Positions 36,103 through 44,953 of a DNA stretch of 50,264 bases are shown here, one piece after another. Position 1 is the stretch's first letter; the number at the start of each line of letters is the position of its first letter. The position numbers and the translations under genes are program-made. Location: contig JBHLQH010000023.1 of NCBI GenBank assembly GCA_048884965.1, positions 1 through 50,264 of the forward strand, in the 5' to 3' direction. The notes below the pieces were generated by a model. That model saw nothing but the letters and a program-made list of their open reading frames with translations, was not told the origin of the DNA and made no database searches. The DNA is from Candidatus Thorarchaeota archaeon. Lineage in GTDB: Archaea > Asgardarchaeota > Thorarchaeia > Thorarchaeales > Thorarchaeaceae.

Positions 36103-36696
36103 ATGGTGGACAAGAACGAACTCTATCCAGTCAATATATTGCCTGCTATTGCATGGGCTCTTGCTCTGTACTTCAAGAAAGACACGAAGTATAGGAGGAA
36201 AGGGACTGTCGAGTTGACCTTCCCAGCCGGCCAGCATAAAGAGATGCTCAAGTCCAAGGGCGAGCATGCGATAGTTGTCTGGTTCTCGGATAAGAAGGTC
36301 TATGTTCGTGCAAAGTGTCAGTATGACAAAGCCTGTTCCTTCAATAGCGACAGGATTGAGGTGAACTCCCGAGAGCCACTTATGGGGCTAGGTTGGGAGG
36401 GAACTGACTCCCGTAAGTTCTTCAAGTCCTTGACCGCGTGGTTGCTGCGGCTTGATCTAGATTACGTTCTACTTATTCGCGCTTTGGTCACTATCTGTGA
36501 CAAGTATGTGAATATCCCTCTAACTACTCAATATGGAAGGACATTCGAGAAGTTCGATGAGTATCGGAAGAACAGATGGCCTGAGGATGCAACGACTGAT
36601 GATAAGCCGAGATTTCTTGAGGAGATCTTGGTGCGAGTATCATTCTGGATTCAGTCAGCTGCAGAGGTAGGAGCTCTCTTGATAGGGAACAAGTAG
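36103..36696 (+). CDS. Hypothetical soluble protein
   Basis: 197-aa ORF co-oriented downstream of the GTPase; no family recognised. Confidence 0.65.
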   Translation: MVDKNELYPVNILPAIAWALALYFKKDTKYRRKGTVELTFPAGQHKEMLKSKGEHAIVVWFSDKKVYVRAKCQYDKACSFNSDRIEVNSREPLMGLGWEGTDSRKFFKSLTAWLLRLDLDYVLLIRALVTICDKYVNIPLTTQYGRTFEKFDEYRKNRWPEDATTDDKPRFLEEILVRVSFWIQSAAEVGALLIGNK

Positions 36697-36784
36697 ATAC
36701 TACCCTCATTTTTCTTCTTGGCCCCCAATCGCAATGCCTAAAGCAGATATCCGTAGAACAGGAACATAGTGGCTGTGTGATTTG

Positions 36785-37912
36785 ATGAAGCTCGGAATCT
36801 TAGTCAATCCCATCGCAGGAATGGGTGGGCGCGTAGGTCTCAAGGGAACTGATGGCGTTGTTGAACAGGCTATCGAGCTCGGTGCCGAACCTATTGCTCC
36901 TGAACGAGCCAGAGAGTTCATCAATTCGTTGCACTCAATGACTGCGATAGTGGACCGCTGTGAGATGTACACCTGTCCTTCGAAGATGGGTGCTGATATC
37001 CTAAGCGGCACCACACACGCCTTCTCAACAATTCAAGTACCAATTGGAGACTCGACTACATCTGAAGATACCAAAAGGTGCATCAAGGAGCTCTATGCGC
37101 AAGGTGTACGCCTTTTGGTATTCGTTGGTGGCGATGGAACTGCCAGAGATATTCTTGATGCAGTTAATGAGCATGCCCTGACTGAGCTTCTTGTCATTGG
37201 CGTTCCTTCAGGCGTTAAGATGTATAGTGGCATCTTTGTGGTCAATCCAAAGGATGCTGCGGAAGTAGTGAGACTTGTCATCGAGGGAACGGCTAATCCC
37301 GCTGAGTTCGAGATTATGGATGCGGATGAGGCTGCATTCAGACAGGATCGCTTCATCATACGTCTGTACGGCTACTTGAAGGGTCCTTCGGTACCAGCTA
37401 GATTCCAAGGAGCAAAACAGGCAAGTCCTGAAACTGTGAATGAGCATGAGGCTCAAGAGGCTATTGCGAAATATATCATTGAGGAAATGACTCCTGATGG
37501 CCTCTATATCCTTGGGCCGGGAACCACCGTTAAGACGGTCGCAGATATGCTTGGTGTGAAGAAGACCACTTTGGGTGTTGATCTCTATGTAAATGGTGAA
37601 GTCCTCAATGATGTTAATGAGAAGACACTTCTCTCTACAGTAATCGACCCAACAAAGACTTGGGTCGTTGTTTCTCCCATTGGACATCAAGGAATTCTTT
37701 TTGGTCGCGGGAACCAGCAGATAAGTCCTAGAATCATAGAACTAGTTGGGAAGGATAATATCAGGGTAATTTGCACTCCTGCCAAGCTACGAGGAATTGA
37801 TGGTGGTACCTTGAAGGTCGACACGGGCGAGGAAAACATCGATGAGATGCTACGAGGATATATCAGAGTAATCACAGATTATAATGAGATACGGCTCGTG
37901 AAGGTCGAATGA
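36785..37912 (+). CDS. ATP-NAD kinase / AcoX-family protein
   Basis: NPIAGMGGRVGLKGTDG, GGDGTARD, GVKMYSG, GRGNQQ. Confidence 0.88.
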   Translation: MKLGILVNPIAGMGGRVGLKGTDGVVEQAIELGAEPIAPERAREFINSLHSMTAIVDRCEMYTCPSKMGADILSGTTHAFSTIQVPIGDSTTSEDTKRCIKELYAQGVRLLVFVGGDGTARDILDAVNEHALTELLVIGVPSGVKMYSGIFVVNPKDAAEVVRLVIEGTANPAEFEIMDADEAAFRQDRFIIRLYGYLKGPSVPARFQGAKQASPETVNEHEAQEAIAKYIIEEMTPDGLYILGPGTTVKTVADMLGVKKTTLGVDLYVNGEVLNDVNEKTLLSTVIDPTKTWVVVSPIGHQGILFGRGNQQISPRIIELVGKDNIRVICTPAKLRGIDGGTLKVDTGEENIDEMLRGYIRVITDYNEIRLVKVE

Positions 37913-37927
37913 GGTGGTTGGCAAATC

Positions 37928-38659
37928 GTGATAGTTCTAATGACAGATTTTGGTGATTCAGAGTATGTTGGTGTTATGAAAGGAGTAATCCTCTCCCTGT
38001 GTCCAACAGCTGAGATTGTGGACCTTACCCACTCGATACCCTCACAATCGATTATTGAAGGGGCATGGGTCCTCTACAAGAGCTATCAATACTTCCCTAA
38101 AGGGACAATCTTTGTGGTGGTCGTAGACCCAGGTGTAGGTACTGACCGTGATTCTGTTGTGGTCAAGACCCAGAACTATACATTCGTTGGACCCGATAAT
38201 GGGTTGCTTTATCCCGCTGCAACTGATGATGGGATTGTTAGCGTTTCCTCTATAGTTGTTGAACCCACCACCTCTCGGACGTTTCATGGTCGTGATGTAT
38301 TCGCACGAATGGCAGCATTCATCCTCAGGAACCAAGCTGATCGGATGCTTGGTGGATTCAAGCCATCATTGAGCGTGACACTCGAATTCAACTTGCAGGG
38401 TCGAAGTGGTGTGATTGTGCGGATAGATAAGTTTGGAAACATTATAACAAATATCCCTCCCCTCACAAAAGGCGATTACATCCTCAGAACTATTGACTTG
38501 CGGTGGGATATCAGCTGGCATCCCACCTATCATTCAGGCCCCGAATATGGGGTCTTTCTTGTGACAGGCAGCTATGACACTCTGGAGATCGCTGCGAAGG
38601 ACTCGAGTGCTGCAGATGAAATTCCTCTCAAAGTCGGAGATAGATTGACGATCGAATAG
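37928..38659 (+). CDS. SAM hydrolase / SAM-dependent halogenase family protein (DUF62)
   Basis: TDFG, DLTH, VVDPGVGT.R, GPDNG, TFHGRDVF, IDKFGN.ITN. Confidence 0.92.
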   Translation: MIVLMTDFGDSEYVGVMKGVILSLCPTAEIVDLTHSIPSQSIIEGAWVLYKSYQYFPKGTIFVVVVDPGVGTDRDSVVVKTQNYTFVGPDNGLLYPAATDDGIVSVSSIVVEPTTSRTFHGRDVFARMAAFILRNQADRMLGGFKPSLSVTLEFNLQGRSGVIVRIDKFGNIITNIPPLTKGDYILRTIDLRWDISWHPTYHSGPEYGVFLVTGSYDTLEIAAKDSSAADEIPLKVGDRLTIE

Positions 38660-38737
38660 AATGTCTTCCACGCAGCTACTTATATCGTGGTTCTTCTTTT
38701 CTAATACTCAGGAGTAATTCCAGGAGAGTAGAGGCTC

Positions 38738-39034
38738 TTGACATTCGAGAAAAGCATCACATGGAGATCTGAGTTTCACAAGGCACTGAGTAATCCTGTG
38801 CGTCTTCAGATTGTAGATTTCCTTACAGATGGTGAACAATGTCAATGCGATATCTTCCCTAAGATTGGTCTCTCACAATCGACTGTTTCCGCATATCTTA
38901 CTCAGCTCGTAAAGGCAGGCATCCTTTCGGTTCGTCGTGATGGCACTCGTAAACTCTACAGGATTAGTGATAGCAATCTATTGAAGATGATTCAACAGAT
39001 ACGTAAGATGGCAGCTGAGATCACAACATCTTGA
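38738..39034 (+). CDS. ArsR/SmtB-family transcriptional regulator
   Basis: KALSNPVRLQI, EQCQCDI (alpha3 CxC), LSQSTVS..L..L..AG, RRDG..LY. Confidence 0.9.
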   Translation: MTFEKSITWRSEFHKALSNPVRLQIVDFLTDGEQCQCDIFPKIGLSQSTVSAYLTQLVKAGILSVRRDGTRKLYRISDSNLLKMIQQIRKMAAEITTS

Positions 39035-39090
39035 TATTGCTCGGGAATCATGAGGAACATCCTTTTTCTTGAACGTTCTCTTGTAAAACC

Positions 39091-39621
39091 ATGAATTATC
39101 GTCTACAAGATACCTCATACGGAACCATTGCTCTTGTTTTCAGCAATTCGAAGGCTATTCGTATATTTCTGCCTGACACCAAAACATCTCTTCGGAAGGC
39201 AATCCTCTCTGCCTTTCCTGATGCGGATGAAGATCCCTCTGGAATGAACGAGCTAACGGATCTGATCGTCCGCTATTTTGAGGGAAAGGATGTATCCATC
39301 CCTATAGATCATGTTGACACATCCTTAGTGACTCCTTTTCAGTTGAGAGTGTTGTTGACTGAAAGAACAATCCCTCGTGGAATGACTGCCTCATACTCAT
39401 GGTTAGCAAGGAATGCGGGTACTGAAGCAATAAGAGCCGCCGGGAGTGCTCTCGCTAGAAACCCATGGCCAATTGTGATCCCTTGTCATAGAGCAGTTCG
39501 AATGGATAGAACCATAGGTAGCTATCAAGGAGGGGCTGAGATGAAGCAAAGGCTTCTCATGATGGAAGGGGTTTCCTTTGAGGATACAGGAAAAGTTGCT
39601 AGAGACCATTTCTTGAAATAA
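39091..39621 (+). CDS. ogt: Methylated-DNA--protein-cysteine methyltransferase
   Basis: TPFQ, IPRG..SY, RAAGSALARNP, active-site PCHR. Confidence 0.93.
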   Translation: MNYRLQDTSYGTIALVFSNSKAIRIFLPDTKTSLRKAILSAFPDADEDPSGMNELTDLIVRYFEGKDVSIPIDHVDTSLVTPFQLRVLLTERTIPRGMTASYSWLARNAGTEAIRAAGSALARNPWPIVIPCHRAVRMDRTIGSYQGGAEMKQRLLMMEGVSFEDTGKVARDHFLK

Positions 39622-39696
39622 TCAATACCTATCTATGAAACGAAATGTATTTCACCACCTCACATACATTGCTTATAGCTATCAAGAGGTGGAGAA

Positions 39697-41274
39697 ATGG
39701 CTGGATATGTCCTAGCCCATGATGTAGGTACTGGCGGTAACAAAGCATCATTAGTTGATATTAACGGGAAGCTCATGGCTTCAACAGAGTCCTTCTATCC
39801 TGTTCTCTATCCAAATCCCGGTTGGGCCGAACAGGATCCCGAGGCACACTGGTGGGCCGCGATCCGAGAGACCTCAAGAGAGGTCCTAGCGAAAAGCAAG
39901 ATCGATCCTAAAGATGTTCTTGGAGTGACCTTCTCGACTCAGATGATGGGTACTATTCCTGTGGATTCTGAAGGATCTCCTTTGATGAACTGTATGACTT
40001 GGCTTGATACCCGTGCCTCAAAACAGAATAAGGATGCAATTTCGAATCCTTTGAAGATGCTACGTATGCTTCGAATAACTGGAGGAATTCCTTCTGGGAA
40101 GGATATCCTTGGTAAGATCGTATGGGTGAAAGAAGAACGTCCCCAGATTTTCGAAAAGACGCATAAATTTCTTGATTGCAAGGATTACCTGATATTCAAG
40201 TGTACTGGGGAATACATGACATCATGGGATTGTGCGAATCTCACTTGGTTTATGAACACCAGGAAAGGTCGAAACGTGTGGTCAGGGACTATTCTCAACT
40301 GGATTGGCTTGGATGAGGAAAGGCTACCAGATCTGGCTCCTTCCACTGAGGTTATCGGTAACCTCACACCTGAAGCAGCTAATGATCTGGGACTGACAAC
40401 TGCTACTCATGTCGTCAATGGTTGCGGAGATATGACCGCTGCAGGGGTTGGTTCTGGTGCAGTTCGCGAAAAGGAAGTCCATATCTATGCGGGGTCAAGT
40501 GCATGGATTGGCGCACATGTCACGGATAGGAAATTGGACATCTTTACATATACTGGCTCGATTAGAAGTGCAATTCCAGGCAAGTTCATCCTTATTGCAG
40601 AACAAGAATCAGCTGGTGCCTGTCTTAAGCACCTCAAAGAGCAATGGCATTGCGAGCTCTGCCTTAATGTCAGAGACCATGCAAGTGCTGCATGTGCAGA
40701 TTGCAAGTCAGGCGACCGAAATCCCTTCACTACCCTTGATGCGATAGCAGAACGAGCACCTGCTGGTTGTGAGAATCTTCTCTTCGCTCCTTGGATGTTT
40801 GGAGAGCGAAGTCCAATCGATGACCACAATGTACGGGGAGGTTACTTCAACCTCTCTCTTGCTCATGAGAAGAACCACATGGTACGTGCAGTCCTTGAAG
40901 GCGTCGCGCTCCATGCCCGATGGATGATGGAAGGTATCGAGAAGAAGAGGATGCTTGGTAAGGTATCGAACGTACATATGATTGGTGGATGTGTGAACTC
41001 AGATGTATGGACCCAAATCTATGCCGATGTCCTTCAGAAGCCCGTCTACCGAATGATGAATCCCTTAGAAGCCGGAACGGTGGGAGTTTCATTAGTTGCT
41101 TTCGTAGGTTTGGGCGAGATTAGCGACTTCGAGAAGGCCGCTGATAGGATTCAGGTTGAGCATGTCTTTGAGCCAGATCCTGTGAATATTGATATCTATG
41201 ATCATCACTTTGAGATGCTAAAGGAGTATTATAAGACCAATAAGAAACTCTGGAAGAAGATGAATGCACACTAG
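39697..41274 (+). CDS. FGGY-family carbohydrate kinase (xylulokinase-like) with a Cys4 insertion
   Basis: DVGTGG.K, WAEQDP, WLDTRA, GCGD, GERSP, RAVLEGV; insertion CELC...CADC. Confidence 0.9.
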   Translation: MAGYVLAHDVGTGGNKASLVDINGKLMASTESFYPVLYPNPGWAEQDPEAHWWAAIRETSREVLAKSKIDPKDVLGVTFSTQMMGTIPVDSEGSPLMNCMTWLDTRASKQNKDAISNPLKMLRMLRITGGIPSGKDILGKIVWVKEERPQIFEKTHKFLDCKDYLIFKCTGEYMTSWDCANLTWFMNTRKGRNVWSGTILNWIGLDEERLPDLAPSTEVIGNLTPEAANDLGLTTATHVVNGCGDMTAAGVGSGAVREKEVHIYAGSSAWIGAHVTDRKLDIFTYTGSIRSAIPGKFILIAEQESAGACLKHLKEQWHCELCLNVRDHASAACADCKSGDRNPFTTLDAIAERAPAGCENLLFAPWMFGERSPIDDHNVRGGYFNLSLAHEKNHMVRAVLEGVALHARWMMEGIEKKRMLGKVSNVHMIGGCVNSDVWTQIYADVLQKPVYRMMNPLEAGTVGVSLVAFVGLGEISDFEKAADRIQVEHVFEPDPVNIDIYDHHFEMLKEYYKTNKKLWKKMNAH

Positions 41275-41280
41275 CCCTAA

Positions 41281-42267
41281 TCATTCATAGTATCTCTTCA
41301 ATACACGAGTCGCTCGCAATGTGATCCATTTCGAGGGCTTTCCTTTCTCCTCTATATCACAGATCATCTTTCCGTTGAACGAGTTCTTCAACTCCCATTT
41401 CCCTTCAGTATCACGTAGATTCGAAACTAAGTCAATTGATTCCTGCATTCTATCATCTCTTACACCCAACCTTGTCAGGACATCCAGCACTTCTAGGACA
41501 TCCGACTGATAGAAGATGGGAAACCCAAATCGCTTCCATCCCGCCTTCTCCTTTCTGGTCCTATCAGGATTCTTCAAGTACTTGTAGATCTGATTCTCAA
41601 GGATCACTTCGATCTCTTGCCTGATGATATCTTTGATCTTCTTCGACCTTTTCTTCTCTGGAATTGATGCAAGTGCCTTCAGCATCTTGCATCTCCCCAT
41701 GAAACAATTCACGGGAAAGACCTTTGAAGGGTCAATTGGAAATGCTCGACATTTCCACCCTCCCTCTTCACTGGAGTAGTAGTCTTCTTGGAATGAGATG
41801 AGTCGCTGGGTCCTTGGGTCGTCCAGATATCCAAAGTGAATTAGATAGAATAGAATGTTTCCATCATAACAGCAACCGTCCTTGATAATACTGTCATAAC
41901 CCTTGTCAGTCTTGGGCAGATCCATGAGAAAATGACCTGATTTTCTTTGGAAAAGATAGGCATGTTCAATTGCCTTCTCAATCATGGGAATTCGTTCCAT
42001 ACCGAACTCAGCAAGGATGAGCAGGTTATGGGTTGTTGCTGTATACTTAGGATTGTACATGTCATCCTCCTTGCCCCAATAGCCTTCCGGATGTATTTCC
42101 TTTAGAATCGCCTGCACACAAGCAGAGTTCATGATGCTAGTCTTGGCATCTCGGACCTTTGTATCATTAGGGTCTTTGCCAAGGATGTCCACCAAGGTCC
42201 AATATCTGACACTTGGATTATCCTCTTCAAGGAGCCAATCCACGATACTATCATCTACCATGTTCAA
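41281..42267 (-). CDS. (Alpha/alpha)-toroid prenyltransferase/squalene-cyclase-like repeat protein; function unknown
   Basis: WLLEEDNPSVRY, EGYWG, YNPKY, GGWKC, FGFP.FY.SD.LE, EGKW, GKPSKWITLRA (QW-like repeats). Confidence 0.65.
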   Translation of the reverse strand: MNMVDDSIVDWLLEEDNPSVRYWTLVDILGKDPNDTKVRDAKTSIMNSACVQAILKEIHPEGYWGKEDDMYNPKYTATTHNLLILAEFGMERIPMIEKAIEHAYLFQRKSGHFLMDLPKTDKGYDSIIKDGCCYDGNILFYLIHFGYLDDPRTQRLISFQEDYYSSEEGGWKCRAFPIDPSKVFPVNCFMGRCKMLKALASIPEKKRSKKIKDIIRQEIEVILENQIYKYLKNPDRTRKEKAGWKRFGFPIFYQSDVLEVLDVLTRLGVRDDRMQESIDLVSNLRDTEGKWELKNSFNGKMICDIEEKGKPSKWITLRATRVLKRYYE

Positions 42268-42313
42268 GAGAACACCTCACCATGGATTGTAGTGAGGTGA
42301 CTTATGAATCCAA

Positions 42314-43624
42314 CTAGAGATCGAATCCAGTTTTCTTTGCACCCCATGCATCCATCGCGATCTTCAATTCCTCATGGCCCTCTTCTTTCGCATACTTGCT
42401 TACAGAGATGCCTTGCATCTTTGCATCAATTGCTTGTCTGAATGCAATAGCCCCCGCGCGTGGACCATTTGGATGTGCATGGATTCCTGCACCTGTACCA
42501 ATGACGATATCTGGACCAAGGTCATCCATGACCTCTTCAACATGTCCAGGGCTTATACCACCGCTTGGCATTGGAGCTGTCTGCTCAATGTTGTGTAGAG
42601 GCATGACCATGTGATGTGCCATCAAGAGGAACCTCTCTTTTATCATAGGTGCCTTTCCATATGGTGCTGGAAAGACTGTAATGTCTGACCCGCAGATGCG
42701 AGGCAATTTTCCGATAACAAGATTCGTGCCTATTCCTATATCAGGCGCATATGATATTGCTCCTGTGACGTCCATGTGAGCAAGGAGTGGCACGTTGAGG
42801 GATGGATCCTCAGCGACATGTCGGAATGCTGAGTAGCCAACTGCTAGGAAGTTGATCATGAGTCCATTCGCTCCGAGCTCAATTGCTCTCTCTGCATTCT
42901 CGAACATCTTCGGTATGCTGTCAGTAATGTTGACTGTAAAGAGTGTCTTCTCATTCTTCTCAGCGTTCGCCCTGTCAATCGCTTCCATGAACAAGGGGAT
43001 CCGTTCATCAAGGGTATTGAAACACGCATTTGCCAGGAGCTCATCATCCTTGATGATATCAGCACCCCCAGCAGCTGCTTCGTAGCAAAGGTCAGCTCCC
43101 ATCTTGGCTGATGTGTAGACGCAAGGTTTGATCATGTTATTGACGAACGGGCGCTCCTTGATACCCATCAGTTTCCGGAGTCCCTTGATTCCGAATTTTG
43201 GTCCCTTGAATCCCTTGAGCCAACTCTTGGGGAAATTCATGTCAAGACACTTAATCGGACCTAGGGAGATGTTCCCTATCACCGTGGAAAGCAACATAGG
43301 GATCTGTTGTCCAAAGTTCTCCCATGGAAATGCGACTTGGAGTATATACTGCCGCCTTTCAAGGTCGCTTGGCAGACTGTATTCGTATTGTGGGACCTCA
43401 TAGACACCAATGACCTTGGCAACGTGGCGTTTACGCACCTCGGCAGTTTCACCAGGTACTAGGGTCCATGTTCCAGTGCTTTGTTCCACTGCCGCTGCCT
43501 GTGCTACCTCTCTCGCGTTCATGAAGGGAGGTAGCCTTGCATAGTAGGTACAAATCACATATTTCTCATCATCAATTGCATCAGGTAATGCATCGGGAAG
43601 GGCATCTAATGGAAGACTCTTCAT
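42314..43624 (-). CDS. RuBisCO-like protein (form IV RLP)
   Basis: EQSTGTW, GPKFGI.G.R, IKP, ADIIKDDE, YGK, PSGG and G.GIHAHP.G are present; the K177, R295 and H327 equivalents appear substituted. Confidence 0.88.
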   Translation of the reverse strand: MKSLPLDALPDALPDAIDDEKYVICTYYARLPPFMNAREVAQAAAVEQSTGTWTLVPGETAEVRKRHVAKVIGVYEVPQYEYSLPSDLERRQYILQVAFPWENFGQQIPMLLSTVIGNISLGPIKCLDMNFPKSWLKGFKGPKFGIKGLRKLMGIKERPFVNNMIKPCVYTSAKMGADLCYEAAAGGADIIKDDELLANACFNTLDERIPLFMEAIDRANAEKNEKTLFTVNITDSIPKMFENAERAIELGANGLMINFLAVGYSAFRHVAEDPSLNVPLLAHMDVTGAISYAPDIGIGTNLVIGKLPRICGSDITVFPAPYGKAPMIKERFLLMAHHMVMPLHNIEQTAPMPSGGISPGHVEEVMDDLGPDIVIGTGAGIHAHPNGPRAGAIAFRQAIDAKMQGISVSKYAKEEGHEELKIAMDAWGAKKTGFDL

Positions 43625-43682
43625 TGAAATCAACCAAATCTAGTGATTACCTTCCCGTCTTATGTTCTTTTGCAGAGATAGG

Positions 43683-44771
43683 TCAGACTCTCTTCTTGAG
43701 AAAAATCCCAAGTCCCACTACCACAACTGCCGCACCAAGGATGAGGGCAATTTCCAATATCAGCAGGCTTACACCTGTTTCTATATAGGTGATTGAGGTG
43801 CCAACGGATACTACCTCAACTGTGTCATCTGAACATGATACCTCGACATCGATGTGATATGATCCTTGAGCAAGATCTGAGAATGTGCCAGAATAGATGC
43901 CGTCCTCGTCGTTGTCCAAAAGAGTAAGTGTGACAGATGATGTATCAAACTCGCCCTCAGGATAGACATAGGCGCGAACAGTAAGGATGTCCGTATCATT
44001 TAGGACAGAGATGGAATCGCATGGGTCTTGAGTAACGACATTGATTTGATAGGTAGCTGTTACATTCCAAGTCGAGGGGGTGACCTCAACGGCATCTACA
44101 TGAGAGGTTTGACTGACAGCTTTGACCATGGCTGCACAAACTTCAACAGTTGGGGCTGTTTCATACCCTCCTGCATAGGGTCCACCACCACCACCGCCCG
44201 TGACAATCCTATTGTCGGTTACTACCAATGCGGATGATAATACAGTCGCTCCTTGATTATGCATCTCGGAGTTTGTCATAGCATAATATGCTACTTTTGT
44301 ATGATTCACAATGTTGTTCGCACGATTTAGCACTCGATTACCTATGCAGGTTGTTCCAATCACTAACCCCATCTCATGAGCTGTGGAGATGAAGCTCAGG
44401 ACCCTATTCGAGCTGATGAGTCCAGACCAGTGTCCTCCCGCTGGAATGTATACAGCGTCATAATTGACCAAGTCGGAGAAGTTGAAATCCGAAAGGAGAA
44501 TATCAGCTGTCACAGGTCTTGGTTCACGATTTGGGCAAGACTGGACCTCATAGTTAAGGGAGTTGGCAATAGTTGTGACGTTCACTCCCCAGGCTTCGAA
44601 TTGCTCCCTAATCTCCCAGTAGTTCCAACCAAAACCGGTCGCTATAATCATCAATATGTCCATGTCTTCTGTAGTAGCACAGCATTGTGTTGCTGTAACT
44701 TCGGGTGCATGAACCAAGGAGATGCACATGAGAAGACTGATTCCTAATACAACCACTGATGAAACTCTCAT
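43683..44771 (-). CDS. Secreted, membrane-anchored DJ-1/PfpI-family protein
   Basis: Signal peptide, YDAVYIPAGG, TTCIG nucleophile elbow, VVTDNRIVTG, beta-rich acidic domain, C-terminal TM helix plus KKR. Confidence 0.8.
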   Translation of the reverse strand: MRVSSVVVLGISLLMCISLVHAPEVTATQCCATTEDMDILMIIATGFGWNYWEIREQFEAWGVNVTTIANSLNYEVQSCPNREPRPVTADILLSDFNFSDLVNYDAVYIPAGGHWSGLISSNRVLSFISTAHEMGLVIGTTCIGNRVLNRANNIVNHTKVAYYAMTNSEMHNQGATVLSSALVVTDNRIVTGGGGGGPYAGGYETAPTVEVCAAMVKAVSQTSHVDAVEVTPSTWNVTATYQINVVTQDPCDSISVLNDTDILTVRAYVYPEGEFDTSSVTLTLLDNDEDGIYSGTFSDLAQGSYHIDVEVSCSDDTVEVVSVGTSITYIETGVSLLILEIALILGAAVVVVGLGIFLKKRV

Positions 44772-44810
44772 AGTGAAGGGAAGTAACTCTGGCATAATAT
44801 ATAGCACATC

Positions 44811-44827
44811 ATTGACGCTGCGTCAAT
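44811..44827. promoter_or_regulatory. Perfect 8-1-8 palindrome, putative transcription-factor operator
   Basis: ATTGACGC-T-GCGTCAAT in the divergent intergenic region between the DJ-1/PfpI gene and fhs. Confidence 0.5.
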
Positions 44828-44953
44828 CAATAATGAGGCATGTGCACATTATTATGGATTCAGAAACCACATTACTTGCCAAAGAGCTGAGCTTATCAGT
44901 GAAAAGGAAGTCCAAAGAAACGTAGCAAGTCGTGTCTTAGTAGGTGACGGTGA

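Noticed and set aside
41281-42267. NifH (a label I recall being attached to this family) or a true Rab prenyltransferase
   Set aside because: No P-loop or NifH Cys motifs. Only a generic toroid-repeat resemblance, and the GTPase has no C-terminal Cys to prenylate.
42314-43624. CO2-fixing RuBisCO or Calvin cycle
   Set aside because: Several carboxylase active-site residues appear substituted, and there is no small subunit, PRK or AMP-pathway gene nearby; it fits a form IV RLP.
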